Source: Vicugna vicugna (taxonomy: Eukaryota). Taken from it: 64,000 nucleotides of DNA. Position numbers and translations under genes: made by a program. The stretch lies in the NCBI GenBank assembly GCA_013265495.1, contig MU057809.1, positions 1,479,062 through 1,543,061 on the forward strand, given 5' to 3'. Positions 1 through 11,934 of this stretch are shown here, piece after piece; position 1 is the first letter of the stretch, and each line of letters begins with the position of its first letter. The notes beneath the pieces are model-generated. The model was given only the letters and a program-made list of their open reading frames with translations, made no database searches and was not told the DNA's origin.

Positions 1-292
1 GGTCTATAATCCATTTTGAGTTCATTTCTGTATATGGTTTTAGGCAAGAGTCCAACCTCACTCTTTTGCATGTGAATTTCCAGTTTTTTCCAGCATGTTT
101 TGTTGAAAAGACTGTCCTTTTCTCACTGAATGCTCTTTGCACTCTTGTCAAAAACCATTTGAATGTGTATGCAAGGGGTTATTTCTAGGTTCTCTATTGA
201 ATTCCATTGGTGGAAATGTCTGTCTTTATGCAAATACCACACTATTTTGATTACTATAGCTTTGCAGTAAATTTTGAAATCAGGAAGTTTTT
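1..292 (-). mobile_element. LINE-1 ORF2 fragment
   Basis: ORF 123..320 contains LPDFKIYCKAIVIKIVWYLHKDRH.HQWNSIENLEI, a decayed form of the L1 ORF2p LPDFKLYYKATVTKTAWYW segment. Confidence 0.9.
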
Positions 293-1399
293 GAATAGAT
301 AATACATGCACATAGTACAAAATTAAAAATGTTTTTTAAAAAAAGGGTGGGGTAAGTAGGACCTCGGAGAAGTCAGTCTGTTTCCTAGCTATGTAGCTAC
401 CCAGCCCTCCTCCACAGGCAACTACTGCAACTAATTTCTTGGGCTTTTAGGTTTTATTTTAATAGGCTTGATCAAGTTTTCTTAGTCCATTTTCTGGAGT
501 TAGTACGGTGCTTTTTTCTGTATTTTAAAAGCACATTTGGGGCTAAAAATCACCATATAGGTTGACTGGGATGAGACAGAGCCAGCCTGAACTGTCTTGG
601 GAGGCTGGGGTTTAAGAAGTTCTGGAAGATAAACAGCAGGTAAATAACAACAGAGAATAAGAAGAAAACATCTAAAAATAGAGCCTGGATTCCCATTCCC
701 CGTCTGAGCCCAGAGCTCAGGAGGACCACTGCGCCCAGAGTCCCACGTGGAGCTGCAGCGGCAGCTCTCCGCCGGTTCCCTTAATGAATAAATGCAGCAG
801 AAAGCAGAAGCCCTCGGTCTGGGTGCCTCTGGAAAACCCTGGATACTGAAGGCCTTGCGTCATAACAAACAGCCTGCTCTGAAGTGGGATGTACTCTTAG
901 GAAAAGACATCAACCATTAAATCCTACCTGTAAATTAAAGGAGGCTTTCAAATCATGTCAGCAGTGGAAGGGACCTCAGAGGTCTGTCCACGGTTCTCAG
1001 CGCTGGCTGGGCATCAGAAATTCCTAAAGAGGTAGGTCCCCGCACAGAGATGGCGGGGCCCCTACTCCAGACTGCTGAGCCGGTGTACCCAGCTAGAGGG
1101 CACAGACAGGCACTCTAAAAAGGGCTGCACAGCAGGCTGGACGGCCATGGGGATTTCTAGCGCACCACCACACGTGCAGGTGTAGGAACTGGGGCTGTCA
1201 CGTGCCCGATTCAGACGCCTTCCCTGGGTTTCTATTAGTGACGGCTCTTTTAAAGAAACTGAGGAATAATATTGTGACTTATCCCCAAACCACTTATGTG
1301 GCAACCTCAAAAATCTAAAATACAGCAGAGAGTAAGTAAACACACACACATACTCATAATCAAGAGATTACAAAACACAGACCCTGCTGTTGCACGCTG

Positions 1400-1510
1400 A
1401 CATTCTCTTGACCGTGGTGAGGGTTTCATATTGTATATATGTGTCCACACTTAGCACATCACACATTTTAGATATGTGACGTTTATTGTGTCAATTACAC
1501 TTCAAAGCTG
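1400..1510 (+). mobile_element. Old L1M 3'-end fragment
   Basis: ...tcttgaccgtggtgagggtttcat...tttattgtgtcaattacacttcaaagctg resembles L1M 3' UTR ends. Confidence 0.5.
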
Positions 1511-3038
1511 AGCTGTTAGAATTTCTTTTAAAAAGAAAAATAGTCTATATTTAAAGGACAGAGCAGCGTGTGATGTATTTTCAAAAAGTTCCATCAAAAG
1601 GGGTGTGAATAAAAAATTCTAGTTCTAAAATGCAGGAAATTCACTTAATGACTCACTCCCGTCGCCGGCAATGCTGGTTAACACTGCATCGTCTGGGCGG
1701 CAGCTCTGTAACTTTCCTTCGCCTGCCGCCTACGCCCTCAGGCCACTTCCATGGACGCTGCCTCGGGGCGGCACACCCGTGAGACAGCTCTCCCAGCCCC
1801 CATCCCCACCCCAACCCAACACCAGCCTCCGGCCTCTCCTGGCCAGAGCACAGGCCTTCAGTTCCACAGCTGGCACGGCGCCAGCAAAGGGAGGAACGCA
1901 TCCGTGTGGACAACGGCTGCGTGGAGAAAGGTATCCTGGAAGAGAGGGCGAAGGATAAAATATCTGAAATACGGGAACCGTGAAAGAGAAAGTGAAAAGG
2001 AGAGAGATGGAAAAAAAATAAAGGGAGCCGGTGATCCGCAAGCTGACAGCAGCCCGGACCAGACATCAGCACCCCACGCTGCCGCTGGAGGCAGAACCCG
2101 GCACAAGAGGGGAGCCCGGGCGGCCTGGGCGGCCGCAGACGTCACCGGCGTCCTTGGCTCAGCACAACAAGGAGACAGCTGTGTGTGTGAGACATCCAGG
2201 CTTGTCCCATGACGCCGCTTGAGAAATACAAACTCCGAGAAAAGCTCTGGAGAACCCGTCAGCACGCCCCAGAGGATGCAGAGCGCCCAGCGCCACAGAC
2301 CACAGCCAAACTGAGTCCCTTCATGTCACACATCGCTCACGGGGCGAGCTCAAAGCCTCGCTGAAACAAGCCCAACCAGAGCTGCTGCGTCCAGCGTCAC
2401 GTGTCCGCGCCAGCAGAGCATCTCGTTTCCACTGACGGTTTGGTCTTGAAGAACTTCACAGCGAAACACGGTCACGGAGAGACCACATGCCAAGTGGTGA
2501 GCGAAATCCTCTTTCAAGGAATAAAACCCACTTACTGACTAGAGAGTTCTGTCCCCAGTTTTGTGCACGTTGTGCAAGACCTGAAATGGCAGAGGGGGGA
2601 GCCGGACAGCAGGGTTCCCTGGCCTGCGGCCCGCAGGGCTGGGTGCACTTCAGAGCTGCCCGCTGTTCCCGCCCTCACACCCTCGACTGCCAGCATCTGC
2701 TCCCGCAGGCACACTCAGACCCTGGTCCCGGCCGTTCTCTCACTGAATTTTGATTTGCTCAAAATTCATGGGGCTGAGGCCTCTTTTAAAACACAAAGTC
2801 TAATGCAATCTACCACTCTGGGTTCAAAACTCTTGGAGGGAAAGGTGGGAAATCCAACTGTAATATCCTAACATATGAAAATGATGACCCAGATCTGGCA
2901 AGGAGCTAAACACATAATAAAACTTGTCTTACAGAAATAAAGACACATGGAGGACTGGAGTGAGCTCAGGGAAAAGAGGTTGGTTAATTAGTTGCCTTTG
3001 GGAAAGGCAGGGAGGAACCGGGAGCAGGGAAACGGATG

Positions 3039-3401
3039 CTGCTATGAACTCAGTGAGTGGCCCCCAGCCCCAAAGTCTTGTGCTGAAGCCCCAACCCCAG
3101 TGTGATGGTGTTAGGAGGTGGGGCCTTTGGGCGGTAAGCGGGCTGAAACGAAGTCATGAGGTGGAGCCTGTGATGGGGCCGGGGTCCTTGTGAGAAGAGG
3201 AAGAGGGACCAGAGCTCTTGCTCCAAGGGCACAAAGGGGAGGCCATGTGAGCATGCGGAGAAGGCGGCCGTCTGCAGGCCAGAAAGAGGGCCCTCCCCAA
3301 GGACCAAGTCTGCCGCCACCCGGACCTCGGGCTCCCGGCCTCCAAGACTCTGGGACGTTAGCGTCTGGCGTTTCGTCACAGGAGCCTGGGCGGACTCAGG
3401 C
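3039..3401 (+). mobile_element. MaLR LTR (MLT1A-like)
   Basis: tgctatgaact...tgtgatggtgttaggaggtggggcctttggg...ggccatgtgag...gaaggcggccgtctgcaggccag layout typical of MLT1. Confidence 0.8.
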
Positions 3402-6113
3402 AGATACCGTGGGGCGAGTACTGCTGCTGAGGACCTGCCACTCAGACCTGAAAGGCTCATAAATAACAAGTCTGATTTACTTCTAAACGGAGACTGGGAG
3501 TAAAGGCTTCTGAGGCGTCCCTGGTGATCCTGGCACAGGAGCTTTCCAACTCAGAAGATGAGGGACCCTTCCAGCCTCTGCCCTGCGTCTCGGGGGCTGA
3601 GCCGCGTCCACGTCCACGTCCACGGGCAAGCCCGCGGAGGGGACGCTCACACACGCTAAGCCGAGGCACCTGAGCCTGAACCGGCCCAAGACTCACCTGG
3701 GCGCACCTGCTCCAGTGCTAACACCGTCTGCTAGAAGGCTTAGTGACAGGACTCAAAAAAGGAAACGGTGTATTTACAATGAGAAAAAGAGAAAGGGCCT
3801 AACACATTAAGAAAACCCCCAACCATTTCATTTGGCTTAAATCCGAAATTCTCAGAAAAGCTTTCTCAGGACGGCCAGAACAGGGCAATCCTTGCTTTTT
3901 CTAGATGCCTCCTTCACGACGGTTGACTATTTCAGCGTCTGACTACTACGCAGGAGTTTTTACCAACCATCAGAGCCCTCCCCTTCCCTGTGTCCTCGGA
4001 GAAGTCCACCTTTCAGCAGAAACCCGCCCAAGCTAAGGTCTAGTTTCCTCCCCACGACGCCCTGCCGCTGACTGCCGCTTGCATAGCTTCTGGACCTGCG
4101 GGGGGAGGGGGGGCGGTGCCCTCTGCCTGCGCCAGGCCCTGGCTCTAGGGGAGGGGGGGGGCTCCTGCAGCCCGTGACCGGCACGGGGCACAGGGGAAGC
4201 CCTCCATCGGCGAACTGGATGAGCACACAAACGCGGCCCGCCGGGCGCGGGCTCTCAGGGCTGATCTGGAAGGACGGCACCCCTTTGCTGGCGGAGCCGA
4301 GGCTCCAAAAACATGCAGCCAAAGCGGCGAGTGAGGCCGGGGTCCTCCCGCTCCTCCAGTGCACGCAGCGCTTGCCCCAAGTTGTCGGAATCCGCTAAAA
4401 GGAAGTGGGGAAGGAGGCTGATGCTACCACCCTCTGAAACTTCAGATTAATCGTACATTACAGTTAACCAGAATCATTCAAACCCTAAGGCTTCTTTCAG
4501 ACGCAATGTGCAAAATTTGTTAAGTGTTTCCTGCAGGCATTAATTATTACAATTCATTTATAAATGTTTTCATGGCTTTTTCTGATCATAAAAATAACAC
4601 GTATTTCTACCACAATTAAAAATTTAAAATAGCTTTAAAAACGTGTGTTTTTTTTGCAATTTTAAACATCTGTAAAATAAAAAAGGGAGGTGACAACTGA
4701 GGTAGCTCAGTGGCTGCATTTCCTGCAGTTTTTATTCTCTGTGCATTTGTATGACCCTCCCCCTCTCTAAACAGAGGCAGGGCTCTCCCGCGTAAAGGAA
4801 CTGCCCTCTCACCTGCTCTTCCCCCCGGATGCTCCGCGTGGCGCGCGGGCTGGGCTCCAGGCGGCCGACCGACCCCGCCGGAGGGCACTTCACAGACGAC
4901 GCAGTCCATGCCGCTTGCAGGTAATCTCTGCACATTCATCCCTCACGTTCTTATCAGCATTTCTGTGAACCATGGCGCCCTGTGAGGGAAGTGCACGCAC
5001 GGACCACACGTGGTGGCCCGACGGGACCGCAGCCCACCGGGGCAGGGGGGCCAGGACCAGCGTTGTGCAGGCGTCCCCCTAAAGCGCCCTGACTCCTGGA
5101 AGTGACCACCGTGCCGATGCTGGAGATGCTGCTGCTTCGCTCGCGTCTCCCCCTCGCCGTTCTGTCCCCCCGCACGGACTCCTCAACAACGCGGCTGCAC
5201 GTCTAAGAGGATCACACCGAGCCCGTGGCAAGAAAGTGAAGAAAGTGCCCGCAGGCCCCGGGGACCCCTCCGTGTCTGCCCTCCTTAGTTCCACGTCACC
5301 ACACCTGCCGAGGCGGCTGTCCTCTGCTCACCTTCACCGCAGCCGCAGGAATAAATACTGTTTATTTACCCCCCTCCTCCTCCGAGGAGCACCTGGAGCG
5401 CCCCCAGTTACGAGTAATGCTGCGGCCATTTATGTTTACATTCCTAGGAGGGGGACGGCTGAGCCCCGGGAACACGCTCCTTACGCTCCAGCGAGCGATA
5501 CCAGCCTGCTTCCTGAACTGGGTGCTCCCGTCCGCACGCCTGCCAGCACCAGGATGTCTGAGAGTTCCTGTTCCTCCACCTCCTTGCCAATTCTCGGAAC
5601 TGCCAAGTGTCCTAATTTTTGCAAATCTGGTGAGCGTATAATACCATTTCCTCTTCTCAGAAGTCCCGTTCAAGCCTTTAAGGCATTTTTCTACGGAATT
5701 GCCTATTTCTTGTGGGCTGGGGGAAGTTCTTTAAATACCCTGGACACGATTCCTTCGCAGGTTCCAGGCCTTGAGCCTGCTCTGTGCTCCCACGGCTGGG
5801 GGTGTCTCTGGATGAACAGAAGTTCCTACTTTGGTGGTAGTTAAAGCATTAATCTTTTCCTTTTGCATTTGCACTTTTAATTACTTAAATTCTTCCTTAC
5901 ACCAGGTCCTGAAGATTCTTCTGCATTACCTCCTGAAAGATATAGTTTTGCTTTTCCTATCCAATTTGAAGTTGGGTGTGTGTCCAGGGGTCCAATTTCA
6001 TCCCTCTCCGTGCGGTTCCACCAATTTAGCTATCTAATTCTGCACCAGTACCTCCACTGTATTGGTTATTAAGTTGTTTTTAAAAAATAAATCTCAGTAT
6101 CTTTTTATTAGAG

Positions 6114-6246
6114 AAGGATTAGCAGACTGCTTTTGTAAAGGTCCAGATGCACAGTCTTCTTTAAATTAAAAAAAATTTTTTAAACTAGGAGTCCAAACAG
6201 AAATAAGCCAAAAGAAAGCCTCCAGGCCGTAGTTTGCTGACCTCCA
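6114..6246. mobile_element. hAT-Charlie MITE relic (MER58-like)
   Basis: Ends resemble the MER58 termini (ttttgtaaaggtccagat ... ggccgtagtttgctgacc); the interior is poorly conserved. Confidence 0.5.
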
Positions 6247-6309
6247 TGAAAACAAGTCCATCCCACTTTATTCTTCTTCAAAAGTGACCTGACATCATCA
6301 GCCCTCAGA

Positions 6310-6790
6310 GGAATGCAAATCAAAACCACCGTGAGAAAAATAAGACAAATTGGAAGGGCTCACACTTCCGGATTGCGAAACTTACTACAAAGCTACAGTA
6401 ATCAAAATAGTGTGTTACTGGCATAAGGAGTTAGACAGACCCATGGAACAGAACTGAGAATCCAGAAATAAACCCAGACATGTGCGGCCAACTGACTTCA
6501 GTCAAGGGTGCCAAGACCACTCAGTGGGCAAGGAACAGACGCTCAACAGCTGGTCCTGGAGCAGTGTCATCCATGTGCAAGAGAAGGAAGCTGGACCCCG
6601 ACCTCACACCACACACAACCATTAACTCCAAATGGATCCACACCCGAAATGTAACTGAACAACCGAAGTATAAGAAGAACGCGTAGGGATAAATCCTCCT
6701 GATCTTGGATTTGGCAATGAGTTCTTAGATCCGACACCAAAAGCATGATCAACAAAGGGAAAAAAACAGGTAAATTTGTCTTCATTCTCT
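6310..6790 (+). mobile_element. LINE-1 ORF2 3' fragment
   Basis: aaacttactacaaagctacagtaatcaaaatagtgtg...ccagaaataaaccc...aactccaaatggatc; ORF 6480 shows decayed KGAKTTQW...KLDPDLTPHTTINSKWI. Confidence 0.88.
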
Positions 6791-8240
6791 CTTATGTTCA
6801 AACCCTCCATCTGGAACCCCTTTCCTCTTGCTGGAAGCGTGGTCCTTACGATTCCTTCAGGGAGGATGTGCCGAGGATCAACCTTCTGTCTGGAAGTGTC
6901 CCTATTCTGCCCTCAGTTTTACAGAATTCTAGATCAGGAGGTAAGCTCTCTCGCAGACACCACCTGAAAGTACCGCTGACGCCTTCTGGCTTCTGTTGCA
7001 CCTTTGGGACTGTCACTCAGTGGGAGTTCACCTCTGCCTCTTCTGTAGCTACTTTGAAGGCTTCACTCGTCTTCGGTTTTCTGCGGCTTTGTTATGATTC
7101 ATCTAGCTACAGGTTTCTGTATCATGAATCTTGCTGGGACTCACTGGGATTCTGGACTCTGACTGATGGGCTCTGTCAGCCATCACCCGTTCACACGCTG
7201 CCCCTGCCCCCGGCTCTCCCTTTCTGTGCCTCCTGCTCAGCATGAGCCCTTCTCACGCCGTCCTCTGTCCCCTCACCCACCTTTCCTGTTTTCCCTACTT
7301 TTGTCCCTCTGTTCCACACTGCTGATCCTTTCTTCCAGTAGCTCTTCTGGTTTATTAATACTCCCCTCTGTGGGGTGCAAACTACTGAGGTTTTAACTTT
7401 GGTTTTGTATTTTTCAGTTCTAGAAGTTCTAGTTCGTTCTTTCAAGATGTTACACCACTTTTAGTAAGTCTCCAGTTTTTCCTGAAGACCTTTTATTTCT
7501 TTATACACATGTAAAGTTGTGTGTGTATAAAGTACAGCTGTTTCAAAATCTGCATCTGACACGTCTAAGGCCTGGGGGCTGTGGGTCTATTTCTGGTCTG
7601 TTCTTCGTTCTGATTCTAGGCTCTGTGCCTTGTTTCCTTGGGACTCTGTCCTTAGAAACATCATTCGCGGGGAGCCTCCAAGGTTTAGGACTAAAGAGTC
7701 TTTCCCGGGGAGGGCTGCATTTGCTACCTGGGCGGACTACTTTAACCTGAAGACAGAGCGCTGGGGTTCCTGGGCTGCTCCTGCGAGTCCGGGCGGCACG
7801 TCTCCGGGGGCCCAGCCCACAGGCAGGTTTCCTTCCTTCCCTGGCCTGGCTCGGCCCTCAAGCAAAAACTCTTCTCCCCCCTTTTGTGGGTTTACGTTTG
7901 GTTTGTCCTCACCCTCTGAGGTCTCTGCTTATTACAGAAGAGTCTCCTACAGATTCCTCAACATTGGCGATCTTAAATTTCTACAACTTCTACCTCTTTT
8001 CCAGACCCTCAGGTCCATGGTTTACATCACCAACTGTCTCAGGGAAAAACAGCTGCTAGGGTCTGCTTATCTCTCAGGGTTCAGCTCCCTCTTGGGGCTT
8101 GGCCTGGTGATTCTTTATAATCTTGTCAGCGCTTACATGCTTTCATAAAGTTATTTTTAACATTTTATCTAGCATTTTAAATTATTTTCAGCAGAAATCT
8201 CTAGATAATGAGTCCACTGTAATTAGAAGCCGGAAATCTT
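6790..8240 (-). mobile_element. Ancient L1 5'/ORF1 region relic
   Basis: T-rich decayed sequence resembling the antisense of old L1M ORF1/5' regions (agaattctag, ttcagttctagaagttctagtt, ttttatctagcatttt). Confidence 0.5.
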
Positions 8241-9499
8241 ACCACCCCTGCTTTAGTATAAATTCCTTGGAAGCTGAATTACTGCCAGAGGCTACAGGAC
8301 TTTGTGTTCTGACACAGACCGAGGGACTGCACCGCCTCCACGCCGCCACCTGTGCGTGTGGCAGTGCCTGGTCCCGACGGCCCCAGTCGACCGCGGCATC
8401 GTCCTCAGCCCCGCTCCGACTGACGGCAGGTGACCTCATTACTGCTCTAATTTCCACTTCGTGGTTAACAGCAAGGCTGGGAATCCCATTTCTTCTCTCA
8501 CTCAATCTTTGTACCGATCTGCAAGCTCGCTCGCGGGCTCCTAACACATAAAACACACCTCTGCACTATGCTGCGACTTTCCCTCTAATCTGTCATTTGC
8601 TTTTAAACTTTCTTTATGCTGACTGTTCCCAAACAAAAGTTAAAAATGCTTACTTAGTCAAATCCATTATTCTCTTCCTTGGGGTCCCTGGCCTTGTTAT
8701 CACACAGGATGTCCCACTATCGGGTCTGCAACACACTGCACCTCCACCCTGGGCCACGTGTCACCGGCACGCAGGCCCTCCAGAGGTAAGCCTGGCAGCA
8801 GCATTTTTCACGAGGACCCACGTTAAAACGTGTAACGCTTCATTTTTTTAAGGAGATTTTCTTTCATGTCTGTAAGTACATAATACTCTCTGTGATGAAT
8901 GAAATAAAGGGGAAAGGCCAGCGCCACCAGCAGGGAACCTAGAAGTTTCTCACCAGCACACGGTCCAAGAACAGCGAATACCTCGCTTCCCGCTCTGTGC
9001 CCTTGGGCAAGCCCCTCCACCCACCAGAAACCTCACAGTGCCACCCTCTCCAGAGCTGGGACCCGGACCCAGACACGACTCCAACAAGGGCCAAGGGCTG
9101 CTCCAAGTCCTCGCTTCCTGACCTTGGCTGGGCCATTCATCAGCTTTGTCACTTCTGGCCAATTTCTTCAACTCCCAGGCCTCAAATGGGCTCAATATCA
9201 AATAGGATTTGGTGAGAGGATTTCTCAAGTCCCTCTGACTTGACAGGAAGTTTTAACAAGACTGTGATTGTCCCCTATGGGTCACACTAGCAAAGTCAAG
9301 GTAGTTTGAAAGGTTAAAAACTCACGCAGGCACAGGACCAAACCAAAACTAAAGAGGTAATCTGGTAACTCCATGTTCTTGGAAAATTACCCATGACTTC
9401 TGACATCTCTGATGTCCGAGATACAGAACGGTGCCTTCTTCACGTGTGTGTGTCTAACTGCACGTGCATGTACATACCTGTGCACGTCTGCACATCTGA

Positions 9500-9990
9500 G
9501 CACAGTGAGACAAAAAGCTGTGGTACTTCCACGCCACAGAATATGACTCAGAAGCAGGAAGACATTCTGTTGACACAGCAGCCACTTAGATGTATCTCAA
9601 GGGCGCTGTGACGATGACAAATGTCAACCTCAAAGGTCACGTACTATACGATTCCATCTACACACTATTTCCCAAAAAATGAGAGCTTGGAGGTTGCAAG
9701 CGAACTAGGGGTGAGGCTGGGGGAGGAGGGAGGGCAGGGCAGCAGGAGGAGACTTCTGTGCTGACACGGCGACTCTGCATCCTGATCGCAGGGCTGGTCG
9801 CGCAGATCACACGCCTGACAACACGACAAGAGCCGCACGTGCACTGTGCCGGTGTCGAGCCCGCGGTCCTCGCGGCAGACCAGTCACATGAGACGCAACC
9901 TAACCACTGGGGGAAGCGGGGGGAAGGAGATGGGGGGCCTCTCTGCGCTATCTTTGCAATTTCCTGTGAATCCGTAATTATTTCAAAAGG
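9500..9990 (+). mobile_element. L1MC/MD-type 3' UTR fragment
   Basis: caaaggtcacgtactatacgattccat...ctatctttgcaatttcctgtgaatccgtaattatttcaaaa; same family of tail as the one ending near 17349. Confidence 0.75.
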
Positions 9991-11577
9991 GGGAAAAAAG
10001 GTGCTAGAAAAAATGAGCACACAGTGACAGACTAGTAGTGCAAATCGAGAGAAACTCGTTCCCAACAGGAAGAATCGACAGCAACTCACGAAGGAGTAAA
10101 CATGAACGGCTAATCAACACACGAAAAGAGCTAGTAATCACGGGCGTCCTCACTTACCAGGCCGGTGAGAATTCCAGGACAAGACTAGGACGGCCGCCGG
10201 CCTCACCCACCCCGGAGAAGGCGTCCCTGGGGGAGGTGAATCGGCGCTGTCTGCTACGCAGGCTTCACTAGTTAAACCCGAATCAAATGCTGAGACTTCA
10301 GAACTCAGTGCGTCCCCGGCCAGCACAGAACAGGACTGATGCCACCTGGGGGTGGCGTGCGGTCCCTGAGCTGCTGGAACTCTGCCGTCCTCGGGGCAAG
10401 GTCTTCCCTCTCAGCATTCCTGATGGTACGACAGGAGGAAATGCAGGGCAAATGATCTTCACAGGAAGGCTGGGCCCCACGGTCTGAAGCGTGGGTCCTG
10501 CGAAGAGCACGGACCTCTAGAACAAGGTGCCGGACACACCTGCACGGCTGCCCCGGTGGGCGCGGGGTTTGGTCCCACAAGCCTCGCCAGACACACGGAG
10601 CAGCCTGGGGCCTCCCACAAAGAAGAGAAACGGACTCCACACCTGAGTCCCACATGTGAAAGACCAGTGAAACACGGGGCTCAGTGCCACCATCAGGCCT
10701 GGGCCCGAGGGGTCCTTCAGCGGCCGGGCAGCGAGACCAGACGACCTGCAGGCTCCTCTCCAGCTCCCAGGTCAGCAGACCTGACCACGCCTCACCGCCC
10801 CCCCCAGCACCCTCATTTAAGCCACGTCATCTATCAGCCAGATTATCGCAAAGGCTTCCAAAGGGGCCTCTCTGACCATCTATCCATACAGCTGTCAATG
10901 AAAACATAAACCATATCTCTCCTCTGCCCACAGCCCGGGTCCTTCCAGGCCCCTCACACAGCCTCCACAAGCCCCTCTGCTCCGCAGACCCGTCCCCCTC
11001 ACCCCTCTGCTCGCTCCGGGACCCAGTGCTCGCCCCCACCCCGGGGCCTTTGCACCTGTCACTCTTCTGGGCTGGAACACACTTCCCTCTTTCCTCCTCC
11101 CAACACCTCCAGGGCTTGCTTCCCTGTCTCCTTCAGAGCAGAGCGTTCACAAACACCACTAGGGAAGCTACATCAGGCAGGGCAGCGAGCCAACACAGAG
11201 GACGAAAAATACAGGCCGAGCGCCTCAGCCACGCTCTGGATGTCACTTCCACCTGGCGGGGTGCGTGCTGACCCCCCAGGTACTCCACACTGGTCAGCGG
11301 GCGGGAAGTGGGGAGAGGCTGGGGTGGACCTGTCCGGTCACTGTGAGGACAAGTCTCAGACCTCAGTCCCTCGGCTGCGGCCCAGCAGAGAGAGGAGGAA
11401 TGCAGCCTGCCCATGGCCGCAACCTCAGCTCAGTCACCGCGATGGAAGGGAAACCGAAGGTGGGGAGAACCGGGACCCTGCCGTGGAGACTCCCCGACCC
11501 CGGGACCACCCTGTGTCTCCCGCCAGGTACCTCCCCAGTCTCTGCCCAGTTCCCTGCTTCCTTTCCTCTGGTGCCCA

Positions 11578-11934
11578 CAACACGCCTGCTCATGCACACA
11601 CACACACTAACACGACACACACGGGCTTGTGCACGTGCGCACACTAACACGACACGCCTGCTCATACACGCGCACACACTAACACGACACACGGGCTCGT
11701 GCATGCGTGCACACACTAACACGACACACACGGGCTCGTGCGCACACTAACACGACACGCCTGCTCATACACACGCACACACTAACACGACACACGGGCT
11801 CGTGCATGCGTGCACACACTAACACGACACACACGGGCTTGTGCGCACACTAACACGACACGCCTGCTCGTGCACGCGCGCACACTAACACGACACACAG
11901 GCTCGTGCATGCGTGCACACTAGCATGAGACACT
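11578..11934. repeat. CA-rich minisatellite, core CACACTAACACGACAC, with a 103-bp higher-order period
   Basis: CTAA of the core starts at 11607, 11644, 11679, 11716, 11747, 11782, 11819, 11850 and 11885, with a degenerate copy at 11920. Spacings are 37, 35, 37, 31, 35, 37, 31, 35, 35. Confidence 0.95.

Noticed and set aside
11578..11934. CRISPR-like appearance (constant core with variable spacers at 31-37 bp period)
   Set aside because: The spacers are related to each other and recur periodically, there are no cas genes, and the context is a mammalian intron. It is a minisatellite.
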